A DNA stretch of 32,000 bases from positions 300,001 to 332,000 of the forward strand of contig NZ_CP179200.1 of the NCBI RefSeq assembly GCF_051201565.1. The letters run 5' to 3'. The position numbers were made by a program, and so were the translations under genes. Below, in pieces: positions 9,664 through 18,115 of this stretch. The first letter of the stretch is position 1, and every line of letters begins with the position of its first letter. This DNA is from Pseudothioglobus sp. nBUS_23 (lineage in GTDB: Bacteria; Pseudomonadota; Gammaproteobacteria; PS1; Pseudothioglobaceae). The notes under the pieces are model-generated. The model worked only from the letters and a program-made list of their open reading frames with translations, had not been told where the DNA came from and searched no databases.

Positions 9664-10077
9664 TTATCTTTGTATCGGGAGGTCAGCCTTAAGCCAAGCA
9701 TTAAAACCTCCCTTTAAGCTAGATACTTTTTGAAAATCATTTTTTGAAAGAATATCTGCAATTCGATCAGACCTTGTCCCACTTTTGCAATACACAAGAA
9801 TATTTTTTGATTTGTCCAGTGAGTCCATCTTTGCTTTGACTTGACCCATTGGTATGTTGAGGTCGTTGCTCAGAAATCCGGCTTTCCTCTCTTTTTCCTC
9901 TCGAACATCTATGATAATAAGCTCATCATCATCCATTAGTGAAACCGCCCCATTGGTATCAACCACTTGATATTTTCTATATTTCTCACTATAGATATTT
10001 ACGATTAATAGAATGATTAGGGCAAACAATGTTCCAGTTAGTAATAGCTCACCTTGTAAAAATTGAATGAATTCCAT
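9664..10077 (-). CDS. yibN: Membrane-anchored single-domain rhodanese (YibN-like)
   Basis: 137 aa with an N-terminal TM helix and the rhodanese active-site loop CKSGTRS. It sits immediately upstream of gpsA. In E. coli yibN lies in the same neighbourhood (yibN-grxC-secB-gpsA). Confidence 0.7.
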   Translation of the reverse strand: MEFIQFLQGELLLTGTLFALIILLIVNIYSEKYRKYQVVDTNGAVSLMDDDELIIIDVREEKERKAGFLSNDLNIPMGQVKAKMDSLDKSKNILVYCKSGTRSDRIADILSKNDFQKVSSLKGGFNAWLKADLPIQR

Positions 10078-10079
10078 AA

Positions 10080-10664
10080 TTATTTATTGTCCTGTAAAAA
10101 AGTATCAAGCATTTGATGCCCGTGCTCAGTCAGAATCGATTCTGGATGAAACTGAACACCCTCGATGGGATGAGTTTTATGACGTACTCCCATAATTTCT
10201 TCTATTTCGCCAGACTCTGTGTTAGTCCATGCTGTCATTTCAAAACAATCAGGCAAGGAGCTCTTCTCAGCAACTAAGGAGTGGTAGCGAGTTGCATTAA
10301 GGGGATTCTTAAGGCCTTTGAAAACACTTTTAGAGATATGATGAACTGGAGAGACTTTTCCATGCATAATTTTTTGAGCGCCAATGATATTGCCACCAAA
10401 GGACTGAACAATGGCTTGGAAACCCAAGCAAACTCCTAGTATTGGAAATTTACCTGCTAATTTTTCTATAAGCTCTAGTGAAATTCCAGCTTCATTGGGG
10501 GTGCAGGGACCTGGAGAAATAACAATATATTTAGGATTTAGCTCTTGTATCTCTTTGACCGTAATTTGATCATTTCTGTGAACAATTACTTCCTGACCTA
10601 GTTCACCAAAATATTGAACTAAGTTATAAGTAAATGAGTCATAGTTGTCAATCATTAATAACAT
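10080..10664 (-). CDS. Glutamine amidotransferase component II of aminodeoxychorismate/anthranilate synthase (PabA/TrpG)
   Basis: 194 aa class-I GATase with GVCLGFQ catalytic Cys and HPES His/Glu. It is stand-alone with no adjacent trpE/trpD or pabB, so PabA versus TrpG cannot be resolved. Confidence 0.88.
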   Translation of the reverse strand: MLLMIDNYDSFTYNLVQYFGELGQEVIVHRNDQITVKEIQELNPKYIVISPGPCTPNEAGISLELIEKLAGKFPILGVCLGFQAIVQSFGGNIIGAQKIMHGKVSPVHHISKSVFKGLKNPLNATRYHSLVAEKSSLPDCFEMTAWTNTESGEIEEIMGVRHKTHPIEGVQFHPESILTEHGHQMLDTFLQDNK

Positions 10665-10699
10665 ATTGAACCCAGAATGTAGGCGAAAAATAAGTAAGT

Positions 10700-11413
10700 T
10701 TATTTTACAGATAAAAAAGAAACAAAGTTAAGGCACTGAAAGATGCAACTAGTCTCCATAAAGCCAGAATTACTTAAGCGCTTAAGATGATCTTCTTTTG
10801 ATTCAGTAATGAGAACATTTTCGATTGCTTGACGTTTATTTGCAATCTCAAGTTCACTGTATCCATTCTCTCTCTTAAAATCCAAATGAAGTTTTGTAAT
10901 ATGATTTTGAGTCAATTCATCATCAAAGTGAACCTTTTCGCTAATGATGAGGATGCCGCCAGGATTTAGTCCCTCATAAATCTTTTTTATGAGACTTGAG
11001 CGAAGTTTAACATCAATAAATTGAAGCGTTAAATTCAAAACAACTATGGATGCATTTTTAATGTTAGCTTGATTAATATCTTCACAGATTACATGCAGAT
11101 TATCTACTGTATCGTTAAGATTTATTTTGCACTGCCTAGTCATTTCCTCAGAGTTATCGATAGCAATAAATTGATTATTCTTGTTTTTATTATTTAGGGC
11201 GAGTGAGAGCGTTATAGCCCCGGTTGATGAACCTAGGTCATAGTAGTTGGTATTGTTTTGACCATACATTCTAGCAACAAGACCAATCATTTGTATCATT
11301 GAGTCATATCCTGGGACTGATCTTCTGACCATGTCATCAAACACTTTAACTACGTCATCATCAAATTGAAAATCTGCAATATCTAGTTGTTTGTCGAATA
11401 ATTTATCACGCAT
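10700..11413 (-). CDS. cmoA: Carboxy-S-adenosyl-L-methionine synthase
   Basis: N-terminal FDD.VA.VFDDM..RSVPGY pattern and the [11 protein letters not shown]-binding motif typical of CmoA. Confidence 0.88.
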   Translation of the reverse strand: MRDKLFDKQLDIADFQFDDDVVKVFDDMVRRSVPGYDSMIQMIGLVARMYGQNNTNYYDLGSSTGAITLSLALNNKNKNNQFIAIDNSEEMTRQCKINLNDTVDNLHVICEDINQANIKNASIVVLNLTLQFIDVKLRSSLIKKIYEGLNPGGILIISEKVHFDDELTQNHITKLHLDFKRENGYSELEIANKRQAIENVLITESKEDHLKRLSNSGFMETSCIFQCLNFVSFLSVK

Positions 11414-11882
11414 ACAATGACTCCAAAAATATCTCAGTAACGAGCAAATTAGTTTTACCGATGTTAAAAGTTGACCGTCTTGCCCATGAATTTTGAAAAC
11501 TTCCTACCTCTAGATGGCCACGCTCTATTTTGGGATCATCAAATAAAATTTCTCCAAGAGGTCTAGAGCCAATTTTTAAAATATCAATTGTATCCTCATT
11601 AATAGGGATCAGTGAGCGAGCATTGACTACAGGTTTTTGATTTCCTAGAAGCTCAACCTCCCTAACAATAATTTCTATGTTTTCAGGCGAGTTTAAAAGT
11701 TGATTTTCGCACTTGTAAGGCATACTTTCTTTTTGTGAGATGACATTAACTTCAAAGTCTTCATATTTCTCTTTAAGTTTTTGCGTTAATGAAGTACTAT
11801 CCAACAGCCAAATACTAACATAAGATGGTATTTGCTCGCTTGGATCAAAGATTCGCCAATTAAATTTGTCGGGATTAAACAT
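11406..11882 (-). CDS. ubiC: Chorismate pyruvate-lyase
   Basis: Collinear by-eye match to E. coli UbiC: WLLDSTSLTQKL, REVELLGN.KPVVNARSLIP, GSRPLGEILF, WARRS....LLVTEIFL. It overlaps the cmoA start by 8 nt (ATGCGTGA). Confidence 0.8.
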   Translation of the reverse strand: MFNPDKFNWRIFDPSEQIPSYVSIWLLDSTSLTQKLKEKYEDFEVNVISQKESMPYKCENQLLNSPENIEIIVREVELLGNQKPVVNARSLIPINEDTIDILKIGSRPLGEILFDDPKIERGHLEVGSFQNSWARRSTFNIGKTNLLVTEIFLESLYA

Positions 11883-11930
11883 AAGCGCTGTATTTTACAA
11901 GAATCTAGGTTTTTTTAAATTCAAAAAAAA

Positions 11931-13997
11931 TTACGCATCAAAATAATCAGTCTTTTCTTCATCTATCCATCGGTTGATTAAGGCATTTTGACTATCTAGG
12001 TTTGCCTCAAGCATCTTTGAAGAATAATAACCAGCCTCTTTAAGGAGGTAAGCATCTCTGACAATATTTGCAATTTTCATAGAGGCTATTCCAGTTTGTT
12101 GAGTCCCTAATATTTCTCCAGGGCCTCGAAGTTCTAGGTCTTTTTGAGCAATCATAAAGCCATCATTACTTTGCCTGAGGATATCAAGCCTCTCTCTAGC
12201 ATTGTTACTAAGAGGTGATTGATACATGAGTATACAGATGCTTTTCTCAGAGCCTCTTCCAACACGTCCTCTGAGCTGATGGAGCTGAGCTAAACCTAGG
12301 CGCTCAGCATTTTCAACAATCATCAGACTTGCGTTAGGCACATTCACTCCGACTTCAATGACGGTTGTTGCAACTAGAAGGTTAATTTGACCATTTTCAA
12401 AGTCTTTCATAATGCCTTCTTTCTCTTGCTTTGTTAGCCTTCCATGAATCAAAACAACTGTTAAATCCGCAAGATGGTCTTTAAGGTAATTGAAGGTTTT
12501 TTCAGCTGATTCTGCTCTGAGAGCTTCTGACTCTTCAATAAGTGTACAAACCCAATAAATTTGACGACCCTCATCTGAGATTTTCCTAATCTTAGTTATT
12601 AGCTCGTCTCTTCTGGCATTATTTAATGCAATGGTTTCAACTTTCTGACGACCTGGAGGAAGCTCATCTATGATTGAGGTATCAAGGTCAGCATAGGCAC
12701 TCATTGTTAATGATCTTGGTATTGGTGTTGCAGTCATGACGAGTTGGTGCGGAGTATGATTAGCTTTTTTTGTAAGGGATAGTCTTTGATGAACTCCAAA
12801 CTTATGTTGCTCATCAATAATAACAAGGGATAAATTTTTAAAGCTAACACTCTCTTGGAAAAGTGCATGTGTTCCAATCACAACTTTTGCTTTGCCACTC
12901 TCGACAAGACTCAGCTGCTCCATTCTTTCCTGAGTATTTTGAGATCCTGAGAGGTAGGCAATTTGAATATTTAACGACTCAAGATAGTGAGTAAAGTTTT
13001 GAAGGTGTTGGCGAGCCAAAATTTCAGTAGGTGCCATAATTGCTGCCTGAAAGTTATTTTCAACAGCCTGAATGAGAGCAAAAACTGCAACAATAGTTTT
13101 TCCTGATCCAACATCTCCCTGGAGTAGTCTGAGCATTGGTTCTGAACTTGCTAAATCGTCATTTATTTCTTGAATGCAATGAGACTGAGCGTTGGTTAAC
13201 TTGAAATCAAGGGAGTTCAAAAGCTTGTTACTCAAAGTGTTTTTAAGTATGAAGGCGTTAGTTTTTTTACCTTTTCGGGCTTTTTTGGTTTTCAACAAAC
13301 TAAGTTGGTGAGTAGCAAGCTCTTCAATAATCAATCTTTGCTGAGATACATGTTTAAAGGATTCTATTGCTGATAAGTCTTCATCTTTTTCTGGATGATG
13401 CAGCAGCATTAATGAACTTTTCAGGCTTGGCATCGATTGCTGGGTAATTTTTTCAAAGTAATCATCAAGCTGACTTGTTTTTAATACCTCAAGAGAGTAA
13501 TTAACCCATTGCTTCATTTTGTTCTGACTGATGCCAGAACAAAGAGGGTAGATTGGAGTCAGTGTTGGCTCTAGAAGCGGACTCTGATTTTGGGTGATGA
13601 TGCGATACTCAGGGTGATGCATCTCAAAACCCTTGCGACCAATCTTGATTTCTCCGAAGCACTGCATTGTTTCACCTCGGATCAGTCCTTGTTTTTGATA
13701 CTGAGTAAAATGAAAAAAACGTAATAGGATTCTGTGATTTTGGTTATCAGATAAATAGCACAATAACTGCCTTTGTCTTGAGGGAATGACTTCAATTCTG
13801 TCAATAGTTGCTTCAATCAAAATCTCATCATTTAGACTTGTATCTGATAGAGAAGTGATTGAAGTTTTGTCTTGATACCTAGAGGGCAGGTGAAAAACTA
13901 AGTGCTCTAAAGTATGAATTCCTAGCTGATTTAACCTATCAGAGGTTTTCTTCCCTAACCCTTTAATCGAGATGATTGGATCAGAGATTGAAGGCAT
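11931..13997 (-). CDS. recG: ATP-dependent DNA helicase RecG
   Basis: Wedge domain followed by SF2 helicase motifs GDVGSGKT, DEQHKFGV, TATPIPRS and QLRGRVGRG. I prefer the start at ATG 13997, 4 nt after the ridA stop, over the longest-ORF start at 14060. Confidence 0.92.
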   Translation of the reverse strand: MPSISDPIISIKGLGKKTSDRLNQLGIHTLEHLVFHLPSRYQDKTSITSLSDTSLNDEILIEATIDRIEVIPSRQRQLLCYLSDNQNHRILLRFFHFTQYQKQGLIRGETMQCFGEIKIGRKGFEMHHPEYRIITQNQSPLLEPTLTPIYPLCSGISQNKMKQWVNYSLEVLKTSQLDDYFEKITQQSMPSLKSSLMLLHHPEKDEDLSAIESFKHVSQQRLIIEELATHQLSLLKTKKARKGKKTNAFILKNTLSNKLLNSLDFKLTNAQSHCIQEINDDLASSEPMLRLLQGDVGSGKTIVAVFALIQAVENNFQAAIMAPTEILARQHLQNFTHYLESLNIQIAYLSGSQNTQERMEQLSLVESGKAKVVIGTHALFQESVSFKNLSLVIIDEQHKFGVHQRLSLTKKANHTPHQLVMTATPIPRSLTMSAYADLDTSIIDELPPGRQKVETIALNNARRDELITKIRKISDEGRQIYWVCTLIEESEALRAESAEKTFNYLKDHLADLTVVLIHGRLTKQEKEGIMKDFENGQINLLVATTVIEVGVNVPNASLMIVENAERLGLAQLHQLRGRVGRGSEKSICILMYQSPLSNNARERLDILRQSNDGFMIAQKDLELRGPGEILGTQQTGIASMKIANIVRDAYLLKEAGYYSSKMLEANLDSQNALINRWIDEEKTDYFDA

Positions 13998-14001
13998 AAA
14001 T

Positions 14002-14409
14002 TTAGAAGCTGTAAGAGTCCGAACTAATAACCATGACGCCATCCATTTCAACACCGACACCTTTAGGGAGTTCTTTCACTCCAATTGCAGCTCGTGCAGG
14101 GTAAGGTTCAGAGAAATAAGTTTCCATAATCTCATTCAAAGTAGCAAAGTTACTCAGATCTGTTAAAAAAATGTTCAACTTAACTATGTCACTTAAATTG
14201 CCTTTTGATGCTTCACATAGAGCCTTAAGATTTTTGAAAACTTGATGAATTTGTTCTTCAATGCCTCCTTCAACAATTTCCATTGTTTCCGGAATAAGAG
14301 GAATTTGTCCTGAAAGATAGACCGTTGTTCCGCCGTTAACTGCAACTGCTTGTGAGTATATTCCTATGGCAGCAGGAGCTTTATCAGTTGAAATAATATG
14401 TTTTTTCAT
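14002..14409 (-). CDS. ridA: RidA/YjgF-family reactive-intermediate deaminase
   Basis: 135 aa. [17 protein letters not shown] and [10 protein letters not shown] motifs of the YjgF/YER057c/UK114 family. Confidence 0.88.
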   Translation of the reverse strand: MKKHIISTDKAPAAIGIYSQAVAVNGGTTVYLSGQIPLIPETMEIVEGGIEEQIHQVFKNLKALCEASKGNLSDIVKLNIFLTDLSNFATLNEIMETYFSEPYPARAAIGVKELPKGVGVEMDGVMVISSDSYSF

Positions 14410-14482
14410 AGGTTTAAATTATTGAAATAAATAAGTTTAATTATATTAGGGATTCATTTTTTAGAGAACTCTTTTTTATCTA

Positions 14483-15655
14483 TTAGTTCACAGTGTATTT
14501 TATTTTCGAAATAAGAAGAACTGCAATAAATGATAAAGATAGAGCAAATAGAATTGAAGTGCCATAGTTATTATTTTTCTCAAACAGCCATCCAGCAAGT
14601 GAAGGTGAGATCAGACCGGCTACTCCCCAGGCTGTAAAGACCCGCCCATATATTTTTGCTGATAGTTTGCTGCCTACAAAATGATTTACAAGTGTTGGGT
14701 AAATTGCTATTACAGCTCCATAGAGCGATGCAATAGTTACTAGTAAAACTAACAACAGATGTATATTTGTTATTGTTGAAAGACCGATAAGAGCTAAACA
14801 ATTAATAATTAATATAACAAGGAGCGGGCGCTTGCATCCATATCGATCTACAAGCCAGCCTGCATAGATTCCAGCAATTGCACTTCCAAGAGTCATCAGA
14901 GTAATGGCTGAAACCGCAGTTAGTTTTGAACCGCCAAATGAAATGATCAAAGGAACTGCATGTCCAATTGCCATAAGTCCCGCAAAAACCCCTAAAAAAT
15001 AACCAAACCAAAGCTGACTAATCTTTGGGTTTTTTGATTGAATTTGATTGTCACCATTTAATTCATTTTTGATATTAACCTTAGAAACTTTATAACAAAA
15101 AAGAGCAATCATTACTATTAGTGTAAGAGTGACTAAGCCAATAATATAGCCATTTTTAAATCCAAAATAGCTAAATAAAAATGGATAAGCCATTGAAAAC
15201 GCTACTGCACCAAATGCATAGGAAGCGGTTACAAGTCCTAGTGCATATCCAAGTTTATCTCTATCGGTGATAGAGGAAACGATAAAGAGTGAGAGACCAT
15301 AACCTAGACCACTGGATAGACCAAAAAGAAAGCCATAACCAATTACCCAGCCAAGCCAGCTCTGTGAACTTGAGAAAAAAAGACCAACGATAGGTAATAT
15401 CGCAATTAATGAAATTAGAAGATTGGGTGACAGTTTACGATAAAGAATATGGCCAAAAAATACTGCTAAAGTGACATTAACCAGTGCAATAGAGTATACA
15501 AAACTTGACGCCATTCGGCCAACACTAGTTTGAATTTCAATGTTTTGAATGAGAGTGCTGAAGGCATGAATAGTGCCCATACAAAAAGTAATTAAAAGGC
15601 AGGCAATTAAGGCAAGGAGTCTTTCCCTAGTTAAATTTTTAGGCACTGAACTCAT
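14483..15655 (-). CDS. MFS transporter (oxalate/formate-antiporter-like subfamily), substrate unknown
   Basis: 390 aa with about 12 hydrophobic segments in a 6+6 arrangement around a central hydrophilic loop. Confidence 0.75.
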   Translation of the reverse strand: MSSVPKNLTRERLLALIACLLITFCMGTIHAFSTLIQNIEIQTSVGRMASSFVYSIALVNVTLAVFFGHILYRKLSPNLLISLIAILPIVGLFFSSSQSWLGWVIGYGFLFGLSSGLGYGLSLFIVSSITDRDKLGYALGLVTASYAFGAVAFSMAYPFLFSYFGFKNGYIIGLVTLTLIVMIALFCYKVSKVNIKNELNGDNQIQSKNPKISQLWFGYFLGVFAGLMAIGHAVPLIISFGGSKLTAVSAITLMTLGSAIAGIYAGWLVDRYGCKRPLLVILIINCLALIGLSTITNIHLLLVLLVTIASLYGAVIAIYPTLVNHFVGSKLSAKIYGRVFTAWGVAGLISPSLAGWLFEKNNNYGTSILFALSLSFIAVLLISKIKYTVN

Positions 15656-15665
15656 TTAGAAACTA

Positions 15666-15691
15666 TACATTAAAAATTAATTGTTAATGTA
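15666..15691. repeat. 26-bp AT-rich near-perfect palindrome (12 of 13 arm positions) in the potC-like/MFS spacer
   Basis: TACATTAAAAATT|AATTGTTAATGTA read directly. It fills most of the 47-nt intergenic gap. Confidence 0.6.
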
Positions 15692-15702
15692 AGTTAGATA
15701 AT

Positions 15703-16608
15703 TTAATGAGGAGTAATACCGCGAATTTTTTCAGCTCTTCGACGAAGCATTTCAAGAGTTGTTAGGAGTAATATAGAGAATATTACTAGAATGGTTGCCG
15801 CAGCTAAAATTGTAGGGCTAATCTCATTGCGAATACCAGACCACATCTGTCTTGGGAGTGTGTATTGCTCTGGTCCACCAACAAAGAGAACTATAACGAC
15901 CTCATCAAATGAGGTAATGAAGGCAAAAAGAGCTCCTGAGATCACACCAGGTGCAATGAGAGGGGCTTGGATTTTTAAAAAATTCCTTAGAGGAGAGCCT
16001 CCCAAAGTTGCTCCAGCTCGAAGAAGGTTATTATCAAAGCCAGCCAGTGAGGCGGTCACTGTAATGACTACGAATGGTATCCCTAGAATTGTATGCGCAA
16101 TGATTAATCCCGGAAGGGTGGCCACTAGATTAACTTTGGCGAAAAAGAAAAACATACCAGCCGCAGTAATAATAAGTGGAACAATCATCGGAGAGATCAT
16201 TAGCGCCATGATCAAGCGATTAAAGGGCATATGACGATTTGATAAGCCAAGTGCTGCTAGAGTTCCTAATACGCTTGCAAAGAAGGTTGCAAAGACTGCA
16301 ATCAAAGCACTATTCTTAATACCTATCATCCACCTATCTGTACATACTGTCGATCCTGAATTAGTACTACAATCACCAACTAGTTCTTTGTACCATCTGA
16401 GTCCATAGCCATCAAAGTTAAAGGACCAAGTCTCAAAGCTAAAGATTTTCATCTCGGGCACAAATTGTAGGAAAACAGAATTTGTAAATGAGAGCGGGAT
16501 TACAACAATGAGAGGAGCTACAAGGAAAAATAGCACTAGCCCACAAAATGTTCTGTAAGTATAGAACCAAAGCTTTTCTCGAGGAGTTGTATAGGAAGGA
16601 AATTTCAT
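15703..16608 (-). CDS. ABC importer permease, PotC/PotI-like
   Basis: 301 aa with six TM segments. EAA-type loop LRAGATLGGSPLRNFLKIQAPLIAPG. The enlarged first periplasmic loop contains C-x8-C. Confidence 0.85.
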   Translation of the reverse strand: MKFPSYTTPREKLWFYTYRTFCGLVLFFLVAPLIVVIPLSFTNSVFLQFVPEMKIFSFETWSFNFDGYGLRWYKELVGDCSTNSGSTVCTDRWMIGIKNSALIAVFATFFASVLGTLAALGLSNRHMPFNRLIMALMISPMIVPLIITAAGMFFFFAKVNLVATLPGLIIAHTILGIPFVVITVTASLAGFDNNLLRAGATLGGSPLRNFLKIQAPLIAPGVISGALFAFITSFDEVVIVLFVGGPEQYTLPRQMWSGIRNEISPTILAAATILVIFSILLLTTLEMLRRRAEKIRGITPH

Positions 16609-16610
16609 AG

Positions 16611-18005
16611 TTAGCCCATCTTCAAGTTATCAATACCAATGAGTCGATCATAGGCCCAATAAAGAATTAAAACTGCAGCGAGAAGAATGGCTCCCATTGC
16701 TGCAGCGAGACCCCAGTTCAAGGTTTGTTGCATTTCACGTGCAACAAAGTTACCAATCATGAGGCCATCTTTGCCTCCAACTAGCTCCGGAGTAATGTAG
16801 TAGCCAATGGCAACAATAAACACTAATATACAACCCGCACCAATGCCTGGAACTGATTGGGGCATATAGACGCGAATAAATGCTCTCGTTGGAGTTGCAC
16901 CAAGGTTCTGAGCCGCCTTCATATAGCTAGGCGGTATACCTCTCATGACGCTATAGATTGGCAAGATCATAAATGGCAGTAGGACCTGCGTCATTACAAT
17001 AATGGTACCTGTAAAGTTATACATCATAGGGATTCGATCTTCATCACTAAAGCAGAGATCAATGTTTGTTTCTCCAAAAAATGGAAGGTTGACCATTCCT
17101 TCAAAGCAAGGAAGAATGCCAACCAAGGTGTCATTTACAACTCCATTTTGTTGAAGCATTATCATCCAAGCAACAATTCTTACAAGGAGTGAAGTCCAGA
17201 AGGGCATCAAAACACAAATCATCAAAAGATTAGATGTTCTCATTGGAAGTGTTGCCAATAAATAGGAGACTGGATAGGCCAAAATTAAACAGAAAATGGT
17301 TACCATTAAGCTAACCTGAAGCGTTCTCATCCAAATCGTTTTATAAATTTTTAAGTGCTCTTTCTTTTCAATGATGTTCTTATTTGCGTCATACCTCAAG
17401 TCAACAGCATTGAGATAATAACCCATGGTATAAGGGTCTTTCATCGCACCTAATGATTGCCAGAACTCAACCTTACCCCAGCGTTTATCCCTTTTAATCA
17501 TTTTTTCCTTGTAAGGTGCTTCCCATTTATAAGGCTTAACTTCTTCTTTGGATTTTTTATCTACTGCGGTCGCTGATTTGACTGTTTTCAATAATAAGCT
17601 TCTCCATCCAGAGAACTCATAAGTCATCCTAGTACCTGCTTTACCGAGTAGATTTTTACCGATATTCTTTCCTCTACTATCTTCCATCTTATGAGTTACA
17701 CGAATATCATTGATAACCGCAGCAAACATTTCTTCATTAGGAATTTGAGATTTATCTTCCCATAATTCATACTGAACAAATGTTTCTGGAAGTACTATAT
17801 TTATACTGGTGTCATCGACGCTTCTAGACAGAAGCGAGCCTATTGGCGTTACAAACATAATTAATAAAAATAAGAGGGGCGCTAAAAGCAGAAGAAATGA
17901 GCGAATTTTAGTCCGGCGAAGTGATTTTTTTAGGCTTTCTTTGAGCGGAACGCCATCATTAGTCAGAAGTTGACCTTTAGTATCTATGTTGGAAGTCGCA
18001 CTCAT
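16611..18005 (-). CDS. ABC importer permease, PotB/PotH-like, with a large extracytoplasmic insertion
   Basis: 464 aa. C-terminal half matches PotB-type permeases (MKAAQNLGATPTRAFIRVYMPQSVPG EAA loop). About 165 hydrophilic residues lie between TM1 and TM2. Confidence 0.85.
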   Translation of the reverse strand: MSATSNIDTKGQLLTNDGVPLKESLKKSLRRTKIRSFLLLLAPLLFLLIMFVTPIGSLLSRSVDDTSINIVLPETFVQYELWEDKSQIPNEEMFAAVINDIRVTHKMEDSRGKNIGKNLLGKAGTRMTYEFSGWRSLLLKTVKSATAVDKKSKEEVKPYKWEAPYKEKMIKRDKRWGKVEFWQSLGAMKDPYTMGYYLNAVDLRYDANKNIIEKKEHLKIYKTIWMRTLQVSLMVTIFCLILAYPVSYLLATLPMRTSNLLMICVLMPFWTSLLVRIVAWMIMLQQNGVVNDTLVGILPCFEGMVNLPFFGETNIDLCFSDEDRIPMMYNFTGTIIVMTQVLLPFMILPIYSVMRGIPPSYMKAAQNLGATPTRAFIRVYMPQSVPGIGAGCILVFIVAIGYYITPELVGGKDGLMIGNFVAREMQQTLNWGLAAAMGAILLAAVLILYWAYDRLIGIDNLKMG

Positions 18006-18042
18006 ACAATATCAATAATAACAACAGAAGGTTAGGAGTTAG

Positions 18043-18076
18043 AAACAGGTCGGTAGTGTTACCGACCTGTTTTTTT
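18043..18076 (-). promoter_or_regulatory. Intercistronic 13-bp perfect stem-loop between the binding-protein gene and the permease genes (mRNA stabiliser or leaky attenuator)
   Basis: AAACAGGTCGGTA-GTGT-TACCGACCTGTTT. On the operon (minus) strand it is followed only by UUUCU. On the plus strand it is followed by a 7-T run. Confidence 0.55.
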
Positions 18077-18115
18077 AAACGAGTTTAATTTAATAAGCTC
18101 GTTTTAAATAGCTAA

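Noticed and set aside
14580-15011. Two Cys/Trp-rich minus-strand ORFs of 73 and 69 aa.
   Set aside because: They are out-of-frame, same-strand ORFs inside the MFS transporter gene. They have implausible composition and no independent start signals.
15791-16234. 147-aa plus-strand ORF, the longest unassigned ORF in the track.
   Set aside because: It lies entirely antisense to the well-supported PotC-like permease. Its Ala/Pro/Arg-rich composition is typical of a shadow ORF opposite a membrane-protein gene.
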